Notes under the pieces: generated by a model
Databases searched by the model: none
Seen by the model: the letters and a program-made list of their open reading frames with translations, nothing else
Told to the model about the DNA's origin: nothing
Part shown: positions 23,942 through 36,816 of the stretch, piece by piece
Position numbering within the stretch: position 1 is the stretch's first letter
Layout of the letters: every line of letters starts with the position of its first letter
Assembly: GCA_964016885.1 (NCBI GenBank)
Contig: OZ024743.1
Span: 22,568,001-22,632,000, forward strand
Length of the DNA: 64,000 bases
Direction: 5' to 3'
Origin: Eledone cirrhosa
Taxonomy: Eukaryota
Program-made: the position numbers and the translations under genes

Positions 23942-24556
23942 ATATATATATGTATATATATATATGTATAAATAAATATATATATATATATGTATATATA
24001 TATATGTATAAATAAATATATATATATATATATATATAGAGATATATATATATATATATATACAAACATAAATTATCGAGATTCGCATTTCGGCCCACGA
24101 AATAACGAAAAACAACCTCCGAGATGTGAGGCAAGTGCTCAATGGTTCAGATGAACCAGAGCTATAACAAACGTTAAACGCCAAACACACTGAGACGATG
24201 GTTAAACAATCATTCGCATAGCCCAAAAAACGATCAAGTAATTCGGGTATTGAAAATTTACCCGGACCCCTGGAAGGTTGGTAAAATCCAGTATTTGGGT
24301 TTCTGCGGCTCCTAAATCAAGTACCGTCCGCTTAATAAATAATGTCAGGCTTCTGGTAAGATGATTGAACAAGGAAGCCACTTTCTCAACAGGTTTTAGT
24401 TCAATGTTAATACAAGGACTGACTATTGCTGACCCCACGTGGGGATCGGCAAGGGAGGCAGCCCCTATATCAGGCGAATAAATTCAGTTGTGTATATTTT
24501 TGCAAGAATGCAAAAACATCACAAATCGAATAGAGTTCTCAACAGATATATATATA

Positions 24557-27500
24557 CTAGCAGAAGTGCCCGGCGTTGCTCGGAGTTTAATTGCTTTAAA
24601 GTACTTTTAATGATTCCACTCAATTATGAATATTGAGGCATTGAAAGTAAATACGGATAAGTTTGAAAATATACAACAATAGCATCTACTCACTATATGT
24701 CAGACCGGCAAGACTGCAGTGGTGCTGAATAGAGGAGTCACAACACCTCTATGTAGACCACATTTTTTGTTCTGCCTTTGGGCGCAAGTATGAATAAGTT
24801 CTGCTTGCATCCCACTCTTGAGCATGCGACGTATAATTGGCCGTGTGAGAAGCACAGCTGGGCTAAATGCAGGCCTGCCGTTCATAGCGTTTGGCCTTGG
24901 GACTTGTTGATTGACATCGCGAAGCAAAGTTTAACGGGGAATTGAAGTCGGCGCAGAGTACAGGGGCATTCCGTACCTGATGGAGTTAATGGTATTCTGG
25001 ATATGAAGACGTTTTCTCCAGCGCCGAGGCCCGTGAGAATTGTGGCTTCAATTACATGCGGCAGGAGGTTTCTTACCACTAACCGTATTCCGTTGCAGAG
25101 ACGTGGTGGTTCCAGGTTCCTCAACAGCATGACTGGAGTCCCAACTTTGACGCGCAGTTCATGAGGTGGCAGTCCAGTGAGGTCCAAGGAATTGAGGCAT
25201 TCTGTTGGAAAATCGTCAACCTCATCTTTGTCCACCACTTTGTCCACAGATTTGTAGGTACGGAGGTTTCCAGGAATGCATTGCAGAAGGTCCTCATTGA
25301 TTTTTGCAACTGAGACATTTTTTGGGAGCCAATGTGGCTCTATCGTATAGCCAACTCGTGTTTTTGTAGTTGGTCGCCATATAGGGAAAGACAGAGGCTG
25401 TGAGGCCGACAACGGTGCCTACTTGCGAGACTGCCATTTCTCCAGTTGCATCTGAAGGTGCAGTGCCGTCACCAACTGTTAAGAGGTCCTTTGAGAAGTC
25501 GGCTGCTGAGTGGTCGCCGAGCAGTTGGGCTCTCATGTTTGTTGTGAGGGTCAGGATTGTCACTTCCTGCCACAGGGGAGATGACTTAATGCAAGCCCCC
25601 ACAGTGTCGGCCCTGGTGGCGTTTGGAACAACTGGAAGAGTTTGTCGAAAATCGCCAGACAGCAGTAGAGGTACTCCTCCCATCGGCCGGTTGCATTCCC
25701 TGACGTCTCGTAGTGTCCTGTCTAACTCCTCAAGGGACCCTTTATGGGCCATTGTGCATTCGTTCCACACAATTAGGTGGCATCTTTTCAAGACTTCAGC
25801 TTGGTCAGAGTCCTTGGTGATGTTGCAGGTTATTGTGTCGTCTGAAGTCGTGTTGAATGGCAGTTTAAATGCGTAATGAGCTGTCCTACCTCCGGGCAGC
25901 AGAGTTGCGGCAATGCCAGAAGAAGCCACAGCCAGGGCGATTCCTTTCTGCTGTCGCACTTTGGCGAGGAGGAGTTTATTGACGAATGTTTTATCAGTTC
26001 CTCCTGGGGCGTCCAAAAAGAAGATACCTCCTCTGCGTTGACGAATGGAAGTGCAAACTGTGTCATACGCCCGCCGTTGGTCCTGCAACAATTTCGGCTC
26101 GTTTTCGTTGATGAACAGTTCGAGGGCGTGGACGACGTAGGCAGTTTCCTGAATTATGCCCGTCGGAGCCCGTTCGCTGAACCTTTGGCAGTCCATAGAA
26201 TGGAAGGTCATTTCCGCCGGCAGTTAGGATGTCAATGAGAGCTTTGTTGAAGAATTCGTCGCTGAGTCGTACGTCGGAATGAGGGAGTAGCAGTTGTCCT
26301 TGGTGTATGTAGTCATCGGAAAGGTCCTCTTTGTATTTGTCCCATACGGATGCAGGGTCGCTTAACTCGCATGTCTGCAGTAGCACCGCGAAGAGTTCGC
26401 GCTGAGCGTATTGTAGCTGCCTCCGCCAATGTCGCATCCCACTGAGCGCCATCTTCCAGTAGACACCGTCTAAGGCAGGCTGCGCGGAATGAAGTACAAA
26501 GCTCTCCGTTGATTGTTTTCAGATCGTCGAAAGATGTCGGTCCTACTACGTCATGCAGTAGAAGGCGGAGATAAAAGCATTCCTGTTGGTTAGGATGAAT
26601 GGTGTACACTCTCCCAAGGGTAGGGGACATTTTAATGTCTTGATGTCCCTCGACGGGTTGTTCTTTCACCCTTCTTAACCAAATTCTGTTGTCTGTGTTC
26701 CATGTGTAGTATGATGGCACCTGAGAGTAGAAGATGGTCTTGGCGAAGGGATCGTTTCGGTATAACTTTAAAAATGCCGTAAGTGTGGTGTCCTTGGGTT
26801 CCTCTGCTATCTCAAGGTGCACCGCCAACTGTTTGATTGGGGGGTAGTTATGGTGTATTGCAAAGTGGAAGAATCGCCAGAACGCTTCATTGCTGCTGAT
26901 GTATCGGCCGACCTGGTATCGAGTTACTTCGTCTCGGTTGTTCTCCATTGTAAGACCAAAGGACGCAGCATCGGACCCCTTATTGATATACTTGTAGACG
27001 TACTTTATCGATTTGACGGAGTGGCAGTATTCAACGTTAATGTGGGCGTTAAACAATTTAAGCAGAAGTGGACAGTAGGGTACAATCCACCGGTTGTCGA
27101 CGTTGTGATGTGGAGTCTTCGCAACAATTCCTCCGTTCGCTGGCTCCCTGCGGCGGTATAATGGATAACCGTCGCCACCTGTCCGAGTTTCTCGGAGGAA
27201 TGGCCTAGGATACCTCTTGGTGCACCTTCTTTCTTTAATGCATGGAGAATTCATGTCGAAATCGTTTCCGCATGGCCCATGAACCATGTGACGATGTTGT
27301 GGAGTTCTCTGTCCAATTTTGGGTCGGGTATTTCTGCTGAAATTATGCTGTCAATGCTGCTTGCGTTGATTTTCGTTATCAGCCAAATGAGTAGGTGAGC
27401 GTGTGGCAGGCCTCTCTTTTGCCACTCAACGGTGTATACGTAGCACCTAACAGGTCAAAAGGCCTTACCTGATTTTAGGAGTTCAATAAGTTTTGTCAAC

Positions 27501-30184
27501 TTCAAGTGAAAGACTCGTGCCATAAGGTCGTGTCTGTCTGACGCCCTGTATCCGGGGAATAATTCCGCGGTAATTTCATTCCACTTAGGGTTGTATGTTA
27601 AAGTGATGAAGAGATTCGGTCTGCCGTAGAGACGCACGTACGTCATAGCATCCTGTGTGCGTTCACTCATGTATCAGGGACTCCCAATGAAGGTCGACGG
27701 AAGGATACAATGTTTTCCTAGGTTCTCGGGATCGACGTCATTCCTTACTCCATCCCGTAAGTGAATGTAGCTGTCCGAACGAAGGCGTGCTTGATTGTTC
27801 CTTATGTAGCACAGCCTTTCAGATTCCATCTTTGCGCACGCGTCTACAGCAAGCTGGTTGAAGAGTACTCTTGCACGGTGGAGTTGGTTAAAGCAGCATT
27901 CGCGGACCATGAATCGGTAGGTGTAGAATTGCATAGAGGAAACAGTTTTGCTGCTGTTGCACAAAGGAATTCCAAAGTGGTATCCGTCGTCACCGAATGG
28001 GAAAAGTAGGGGATATTGGAATGCGTCGTAAGACCTATGCGTCTCGCTGATCCGTTGCAAACTATTGTCCCTACACTGAAGTATGATGTCCCGATTGTTG
28101 TACTGTTCTCCATGAAGAAGCACAGCTATTTCATTGCACGTGGGAGTGTTAAAACGTCTGGCGTGGGTGCCTGGTGGTTTCCTCTCAGCGTCGATTATAA
28201 CAGCAACATTTGGAAACGGAGCAGCCTCCAATGCGCATTTAAAACTGGGAAGTAGTTGTTTTCGTGCAGCATTCTCTCGAGTTGCAACAGAATTTTCATG
28301 TCTGTGCCAGGCGAATTGAAGCACGTCGTTCCGCTTGGTCCAAATAGTCAGTGACAAAGTATAGTTGTAGGAACTGGGGCTGTCCGTCTGTCGTGGGCAG
28401 TAGCGAACCAATTCTGTGGTAAATGTGTCCTTGAACTTTAAAGGTAGGCATAAAGCCGTCCTCGCGTATGATGTTAGCTCCGAAAGAGGTCATTTGGAAG
28501 GCAGCGTTGTATCTCCTGGAACATCGAACGAAGTGTTCCGACTCCGCTGTGGCACCGGTCAGTAGAGACTTCAAAGGTTGTGGTGGTTCCTGTAGAGGAG
28601 GCAGTTTCACTTTGCCGTCAGAGCAGCACATCCCTGAAGTCTCCCCAGGCCATTTTTTTGCCCGACAATATTGGAAAATGACAGACATAGATCCAATCTG
28701 AACTTCTGGCATCAGTGCATAGTTTACTGTTGGGTCATAGTGGAAAGCCTTATGAGACCACTGAGTGCAACTGATCCTCTGTGTACCTCGTTTAGCACTC
28801 CTGCGGAGTGCGTTGGCGTTTAGCCTTTGTAATTGAATTTGCGCAGTCTCTGATGCGCGAACGGAAGTTGTTGAAGCGACATCCGTACGTTGACGTCTGG
28901 AACGCTGCCCTTCGTCCTCAGCAGCATGCGACGCAGCAGTTGAGGCGGCATCTCTTCGTCGTCGACTGTAACGGTGTTCTTCGTCCTCACCGTCACGTGC
29001 CGCATCGGTGGAGGCCGCATTTTTGCTTCGTCGTCGAGAATGTTGTTCATCAGTTTGCGCTGCAGGTGCAACTGCAGTTACAAATGCATTTCCGGAAATG
29101 CGGATGCTCCTCTTTTTTTTTGTCTCGGTTGCCCGGGTAATTGCATTTCGAGTTGCATTTTGTGACAACCGAGTCAATTTTTCTACGGACAACTCTGTAG
29201 CCCTTCTTCGTTTGGCAGCAGAAGCAGCTTTAGTTTGGCGACTAAGTCGTGGTCTTTTTTGGGTGGCATGACCGTAGATTCAAAGAATGTGTTTGGTAAC
29301 GAAAATTTTCAAATGAACTTTGAATTAGTTTAAAGTGAGTACTATATTGTAGCAGGGCCGAACACGTAAATATTTATGCAGGTAATGGAGCATGAAAGGG
29401 GGAGTAGCCAAAACTTTCAATTGAACGGTGAGTAAGTGGAAAGTGAGTACTAAGTAAGATCTATGAAGAATGCACGTCAAATAATAGGTCAAACCTGTAA
29501 GCCAAGCCTGTCTGAGTTATAGCACAAAAGAGCGTAAACAGGGGCGTTATTTTGGAGCACACTGGAAAATAAATCATCGAAATCAGACGTTCGTTAAAAA
29601 AGTTTTCTCATTAATTTTGTGTCTCATATTGAGAAAAACAAAGAAAGAAAAATTACAAAAAGGACAACAATAAAATATAATGTCTTTGTTGAGATTCAAG
29701 TAAATGAACGCTTAAGCGTCGTTATTGTTACGTTTGTTGTTTTATAAATTCATCTGTTGCTTTTGAATATTTGTTATTTGATGTAAAATGTAACGTTGAG
29801 AGAGCAGTGTGTATTTAGTGTTATCGGCTTTTTAAATTTTGATATTTGATGTATGACGAACGAAGAGGGGGAATGATCTATTATAGAGGGAGAAGTTTTG
29901 TCGTTGTTCTAAACTGTAATGGAGACGGAGGCAGTAACCTTTTAAAGAGAGTTGCGGAGGAGATTGAGGGTAGTGAGAGGAATGAAGCGTATAAGAGAGA
30001 GGGTTACAGCATGTATTTAGTTTTATCGATTTATTTTCATAGAAGCAAGACATTTTTGGCAAAAGTAATTACGCATTGACCTGCCCTGGTAAATTTGGAG
30101 CACATTGGAAAAAAAATCATCAAAATCGGTAGAGAAATGTGGAAATGCATAAAAATCATACACACACACAGACAGACATCTACC

Positions 30185-30200
<16 letters not shown>
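24557..30200 (-). mobile_element. Helitron (rolling-circle transposon), near full-length, inactivated
   Basis: 3' end on minus: GC-rich hairpin CCGAGCAACGCCGGG then CTAG|T at 24560-24557. 5' end TATATAAAACGGTAGATGTCTGTCTGTGTG merges into (TA)n, so the exact TC terminus is not visible. Contains RepHel coding remnants. Confidence 0.93.
24738..29269 (-). pseudogene. Helitron Rep/PIF1 helicase (RepHel), disrupted by frameshifts and stops
   Basis: Cys-rich CRAKKWPGETSGMCCSDG; Rep motifs LFITLTYNPKW, VEWQKRGLPHAHLLIW (HUH), KYVYKYINKG; PIF1 motifs DAPGGTDKT (Walker A G>D), IVWNEC (Walker B D>N), GDFRQTLPVV, FAMSINKSQGQTL, FSHGQLYVACSRV. Frameshift in the A-run just after the ATG; premature TGA at 24882-24884. 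Confidence 0.93.
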
Positions 30201-30248
<48 letters not shown>

Positions 30249-30409
30249 ATATATACGAATAAGGTAAACTCAAATAATAGTAGATTCAAATATTACAGAG
30301 AGAGGTGGGGGAGAAATGAGGTGGAACAGAAATGAAACATGGATTACAGGTTAAAATGTAGTCTAGATAGATGAGAAACAAAACGAGGATGTAGTTTATG
30401 GAACACCCA

Positions 30410-30881
30410 AATGATTTAGAAGTCGACCTTAAGTAGGAGCAATAACATTAAGAAAGACATGAACGACACCACATCATTTTGTTTTGAAAATTTTGAAAGT
30501 AGGTTTATAAGTATGAATTTTCATAAGATTTTCGTCGTTGCCTCTGTGGCCTATCGGTAGGTACTAGATCCGGTGGAGAGCCTGACCTTAGGTTCAATCC
30601 TGGTCAAGAGGTACATGTGACCTTTTTCAGTTTTTATTTTACAACCCATACAAAAAAACTGAAAAGGTTTACTGGGAACCCTACTCCCGACCAGGAACGA
30701 ACTTCAGACCAGCATCACCATCGTCTATGATTCCTCCAACTAAGCCACCGAGACAGCTACAAAAGTACAATGAAAATTGATAAGTATAAACCTACTTTCA
30801 ATATCAAAGTTAAAAAGATGTGGTGACGTTCATGGCTTTCCTAGAGCTATTAGTAATATTTAGGGTCGACTTCTGGTCATT
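30410..30881. repeat. Diverged fold-back element with a tRNA-like segment in each arm
   Basis: Arms 30410-30636 / 30652-30881; left arm 30540-30613 has A-box TGGCCTATCGG, B-box GGTTCAATCC and an acceptor-like gcctct/agaggt pairing. Confidence 0.7.
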
Positions 30882-31090
30882 ATTGAAAGTCTCTGGATTT
30901 CGCAAAATACATAATTTTTTTATTGGAGAAGGTTAGATATGTTTCCGCAAAAATTTGATTGCACTGTTTTGTTTCCACTTATTTTTCGAAAATGTTATTT
31001 ATTCATTATAAAAATTAAATGATAGCATTCTATATGTAGGTGGGCCCCCTTCATCTCCTGGCAACCAATATTTTTAGACCAGGTCCGCCA

Positions 31091-31162
<72 letters not shown>

Positions 31163-31381
31163 TGTATATATGTTTTCATTACTCTTCACAGACATGAAGT
31201 AAAACTCTCTATCTCATTGCCCTCTCTTTTTTGTTCACTTCTATTTATTAAAATAAATACAACAAATATGTGAATAAATAAATAGAAAGAAATAAAGAAA
31301 CCAAAACCACATTTTCGCCATAATCAGAATAAATATCAGCAGTAAGAACACTTCTAAGATATACAAATATAAATATATATA

Positions 31382-31693
31382 CACTGTACCCCCAGCATTC
31401 GCGGTCCCAACATTCGTGAAAACCACCGCATATTCGCGGGATCGTAAATATTTTTATGGCTTTTTCCGTAGCAATATATACTTTTTTAACGCTAAATTAT
31501 TAATAACAATATACCGTATTTGCCGGCCTATTGGACGCCCCTTCGCATAAGAGACTCCCTCCTTTTTTATTATATTTTACGTTATATTTTGACATTTATA
31601 GCCATTTTTATGGACCACGTCCAATATTCACGGTTTTTCCTTCTTCGCGAGTGCTCTAGGAACGTAAACCCCGCGAATACCGGGTGACAACTG
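31382..31693. mobile_element. Tc1/mariner (pogo/Tigger-like) MITE
   Basis: TA|cactgtacccccagcattcgcgg ... ccgcgaataccgggtgacaactg|TA; imperfect TIRs, TA target. Confidence 0.65.
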
Positions 31694-32895
31694 TATATCA
31701 TGATATCATGCGAACAGTGTGTATGTTGCATGCATGAGGTTGTTTTTGTTGTTGGCTTCATTAATTTCAATTATTGCAAGGAAACGTTTGAATATCGTTT
31801 CACCTGATTCGAAAGAAAAATGTTAATCTGTTGGTTTTTAAAAAACAATTATTTTATTTTTAAAGCGATTCAGACAATACGTGTCACAGCAAGTGAACAA
31901 AGGCACGCTCAACCAATAAATAAATAAATAAATAAATACATAAATAAATAAATACATAAATAAATAAATACATGAATAAATACACAAATAAACAGATAAA
32001 TGCATACATCTAGGGAAAAGATCTATTGTTACTTCACATAGTTCGAAGTTAGTAATTTCAATTAGAATATATGCAAATACATATTCTTTAATACCACAGA
32101 GTTTGTTTTTCAATTCTGTTGTTTTGTTTTTCTTGGGGAGTGGGGTCTCTTTTTTCTTTCTTTGTTTCATTTTGTTTTTCTTTTCTTCATTTTAAAATTG
32201 GTTTTATTGTTGTTTGTTTTTGTTGTGTGATGAAGACTCGAAAATATTTATTTTTCTCGTCCTGGAGAAGAATTGTTTTTTTTTTCCTTCCACCATGTAT
32301 ATAAACAGAGAAAGCGTGCTCAATACATATAGTAGAGTTTATTTCTTCATTCAAAGCTGAAGATTCGCTCCGTCGTTCCTCTGATGTATGTATGTATGTA
32401 TGTATGTATGTATGTATGTATGTATGTATGTATGTATGTATGTATGTACTATATTCTATAGTATTCATTCTTTTGCATTTCTTCAGATTCTACGAAATCG
32501 AATACATTCATTGCCAGTTGTCACAACGTGTTGTCATTTAGTTACTATTATTATAACTAATATTGATTCATTATTACTATCATTGGCCTTGTGCCAAAAG
32601 TAGAAACAATTATTACTGTCATTAATATGTTGGATTTCACTTTTTATTTGTTTTATTTGTCGGTCTTCTTCTCAAAGATTGTTTCTTTCATCATATAATC
32701 ACTTCTACAAAAGTGGCCCGTTTGTATTTTTTACCTGAAATATTTCAATTATAGCATTCCAGTTATCTTCAAATATTGTTATTGCTAATCCACTGTAACG
32801 GCAAAAAGATATTTCATATGAGTTTCGGGAACTGGTGGGTGTATTATATAGGTATAATTACACGAAACAATTTGTAGCCGTCATGCATCCTAGCT

Positions 32896-32958
<63 letters not shown>

Positions 32959-32967
32959 GAAAAGAAA

Positions 32968-33185
32968 TCGAAAATGCAACAGGAATCTTTTAAGAATATT
33001 TATTTATTTACTTTACCGGTTTCACAGTTCTTATGCTTTTCAAAAGTAAAATTGAGATGGGGCGTTTGTGTTTCTATTGTGGTTTGTCTTGCGTCAATTT
33101 TACTTTTGAAAAGCATAAGAACTGTGAAAGCAGTAAAGTAAATTCATAAATATTCTTAAAAGCTTTAGTTGCCTTTTCTATTTTT
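32968..33185. repeat. Fold-back element between two (TA)n tracts, hammerhead-shaped arms with variant core
   Basis: Arms ~32968-33055 / 33094-33185; tttactt-TTGAAAA-gca(taagaac)tgt-GAAA-ccgg-TA-aagtaaa. Confidence 0.75.
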
Positions 33186-33261
33186 TTACCTTATACTTTC
33201 ACCCCTGAAGGACATCTCGTTTGCTTCTTTTGTTTTTTTTTAAATAAAAAAAACCTCATTT

Positions 33262-33297
<36 letters not shown>

Positions 33298-33651
33298 GTA
33301 AAGTGAATATTTCGGAAAATATTGCAATGCCAGGGCGCCGATTTGCTTCATAGTTAGATGACTTGTTTTGTATGGGCCCATTCTTTGGTATGCGGCCCAT
33401 TTTTTTTTTCAATCTTTTAAAAAAAATTCTCATTTCATCCGTCATTCACCCAAGAATGAAACAGGAAACCACACAGAATGAGAGAAAGAGAGTTGTATTT
33501 ATAATAACTATAACTGTTACGTTTTCCCTCTCCCTTTGTCCCTACCCCTTTTCCCATTTTATCTTCCATTATTCGGTGTGAATATATGTATGTATATATA
33601 AACATGCACGTGTGTGTTTGTGTGTATGTATATAGGTATATATATATATAC

Positions 33652-33706
<55 letters not shown>

Positions 33707-34014
33707 CATACATACTGAGTTAAAAATCTTAATGTTCCCTTACCCTGCTGACTTCAAAATATAAATATGATATGATGTTTTTAAAAAATCAATAGATGAA
33801 TAACATTGAATAAAAATATAAATATTGAACTTTAAGGTGTGAGATATCTTAAAATACAGCTATAATTCATAAAAATAAATCAAAGATTAATGAGCAACAT
33901 CGATCGAGAATGAAAACGTACATATATTACACACACACATACATACATATATACAATCATACATACTTACTTGTAAATACACACACATACACAGTGTAAT
34001 ATATAAATATGTCC

Positions 34015-34051
<37 letters not shown>

Positions 34052-34389
34052 ACACATATATGTATATGTGTGTGAGTATGACCATTGTCTCTGAAATATC
34101 GAAGTATATACTTTGCTCTTTACAGGTCTTATATACGCACACACACACGTGCATACACAGAGAAATATACACGCACAGAAACACACACACACACACACAT
34201 ACATACATGCACACATGAAAAACATACATATGAACATAGACGTATGCACATCAGTGCACGCACTGTCATTTGTAACACCAATAGAAATATCTTAGGACTA
34301 TTTCTGAACTGGTTTCTACTGTCCTATTTATATCATCCCAGACACAATTTAAAAATGAACATTAAGTATAGCATAATATATATATATAT

Positions 34390-34438
<49 letters not shown>

Positions 34439-34608
34439 AAATTGTTAAACAATATTCAATGATTATGTCAAAGAATGAGTTTTACAGTAGATTAAATCTT
34501 AACCATTTAACATCTCAGGGTATGTCATGTATCATTATATTTTGTCTGATGAGGACATAATAAAATGTAATTGATCAAAAGAACATCTATTTTATTAATA
34601 TTTATATT

Positions 34609-34686
<78 letters not shown>

Positions 34687-36633
34687 GTAAACAAAGACAT
34701 TGATAAATATAGTTCTGTATTTCCGTATCTACTCTTAATGTTATTGCTATTATATTGAATGATGAATGAGAGTTGCGAGCATTGCTCTAACATTTGCTCG
34801 GAGGCTGAGAAATGTCAGCCAAGAGAGGACACTTGTCCTTAGTATTTAAAGTAATCCAGGATCTGTGGTGTCCCCTGATTGGCCCTATGTAGGTATACCC
34901 ACTATTGGGGACTTTTCTTTGCTGATATTGTTCTGTTATATTTTGTATTTGCTAATTTCTTCTGATACATTTTATGTAAACGTCACTGTTTGTTTATATC
35001 ACTTGTACGGTCCTCGTTGTCTTTGAACCCTAGTGGCTAATAAGCAAACTATTATTATTATCATTATCATTATTATCATTATTATTATTATCATTGTTTT
35101 TGTTAATTATTGCTGTTGTTGTTAATTATTACAAGGATTGTTATTTTCTATTGCTAAGTATGCATGAACAACAATCAAACTAGTGTTCTGCCTAGATATC
35201 CTATATGTGATGATAATTATGTTTGTATGGATAATATTTATGATTATGATGCTGGAGGAGGAGGAAGATGAGAGTGATTCGAGTGATGACCAACGGAAAG
35301 TGTCAAAGCTGGTTGTTGGTTCTGGCCATTGAATTAAAATTCCGTTATGGTAATTAATTAAAAAAATAATCATTCCAAAATAAAATACAAATATAATAAT
35401 ACATTATGTTATAAAATATTTTCCAATAGACGGAATGAGTCAGACTAAAATGTGTCCGGCAGACTTTCCTCAAAATGCTTTTAGTTCCCAGTGTATGTAC
35501 CATTTTATAGAGAGATTTTCAACGAAAGTCGCAACCGGATTCATTTCTATTATTGTGTCAGCTTCGAAAGATCAATTGTCTTGATGTGGAAGAATTTAAA
35601 GTGTAAATCATAAATAAATAAAGACACTGACATCTTTGCCTTGGAATGAGCGAATTGTTACGAAGACGCTAAACATTTTTAAAACAATGGCTTTTTGCTT
35701 GGAGTTGATAACTTTAGATTTTGTCGTCGTTATCAGAATTGTGAATCATATTTTCCCATGTATTTTTATCCGTTTCTCTTTGTTGTTTCTTCTTGCTTCT
35801 ATATTCTCTCCTCGTGGAATGATGGATCAATTATATAAAAAAATAAAAAAGAACAGCACAAACACACACGCATATGCACTTCATGAATGTCAGCGTATGT
35901 GAATGTATGTGTATATATGTGTGTGTATGTGTATGAAATGTATATGATTTAATTCAATTTAAGATGCTATAAAGCTAAGATTGTTCGCATAAATAATTGT
36001 CGGGATGATTTAGTGATGTGTAAAGACCTTTCTATAGCGTACAAAAAACACAACAAATCAGTATTTAACTGCATCTCCCACTAAAGGAACTTAGTGATTA
36101 GTTCATTTCTAAATTTAAATAATGGTATGTAGGCACAATTAATGATTGTCTACACTTTGACACAATAATTAAAAACACTTTCCTTAAAAGACAGTTAACT
36201 AAACGTTGAGACGCTTAACATTTAAAACAGTTGATTAAAAACAATAAATACTTAACGAGCACTATAGGTATATTGTAAATACCTAAAACAATGTTGCTAA
36301 CATATTCCATATTCTACTTTTGAGGTTTGGACAGAAGAGTTTGTTTGGATTATAATGTATGAGTATTAGCATAAAACTAATGATGATTTTAATGATCTTC
36401 TCTGGCTAATTCCTAAATGGCATTTCAATTTAAAATCTCATACCCTCTCTTTCTCTCTCCCTTCTTTAAGAAGATGTTAATTCATCAGTTGGTCTTTATT
36501 TACCCGTTTCATCTGTCCTTAAGCTGTGGTTGTTACCAGATATATATTATTTCTGGTATCATTACAGATTTTTCACGTCTGATGTTTCCACGACTAAAAA
36601 TAAGTTTTCTCTATGAAAGATCTGCAGATGTTT

Positions 36634-36816
36634 TCAAACAGGTGTTTCACTAAATTCCCATACTCTTATAGGTGTGATGACATCAGCATGGACGATTAAG
36701 GGACGGAGTTTATCTTCATGTCGGCTATCGGCTGATTTTGAACGATTTTTTCGGTAGGCCTTTTTTCTGTCCGAAGTTATCATCCTACCCAGTCGATCTG
36801 ATTCTTCATCTGATTG
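36634..36816 (-). CDS. Same gene, terminal coding exon ending ...RVWEFSETPV* (not in ORF track)
   Basis: tttaatattttcag|CAATCA, 60 codons plus TGA, phase 0; ends in a class I PDZ-binding-type motif E-T-P-V. AATAAA on the minus strand at 36495-36500 is a possible poly(A) signal. Confidence 0.85.
   Translation of the reverse strand, partial: QSDEESDRLGRMITSDRKKAYRKNRSKSADSRHEDKLRPLIVHADVITPIRVWEFSETPV

Noticed and set aside
25400-29271. Plus-strand ORFs over the Helitron (also 52216-52704, 38039-38398 and 22491-22937)
   Set aside because: Antisense shadows of real coding sequence.
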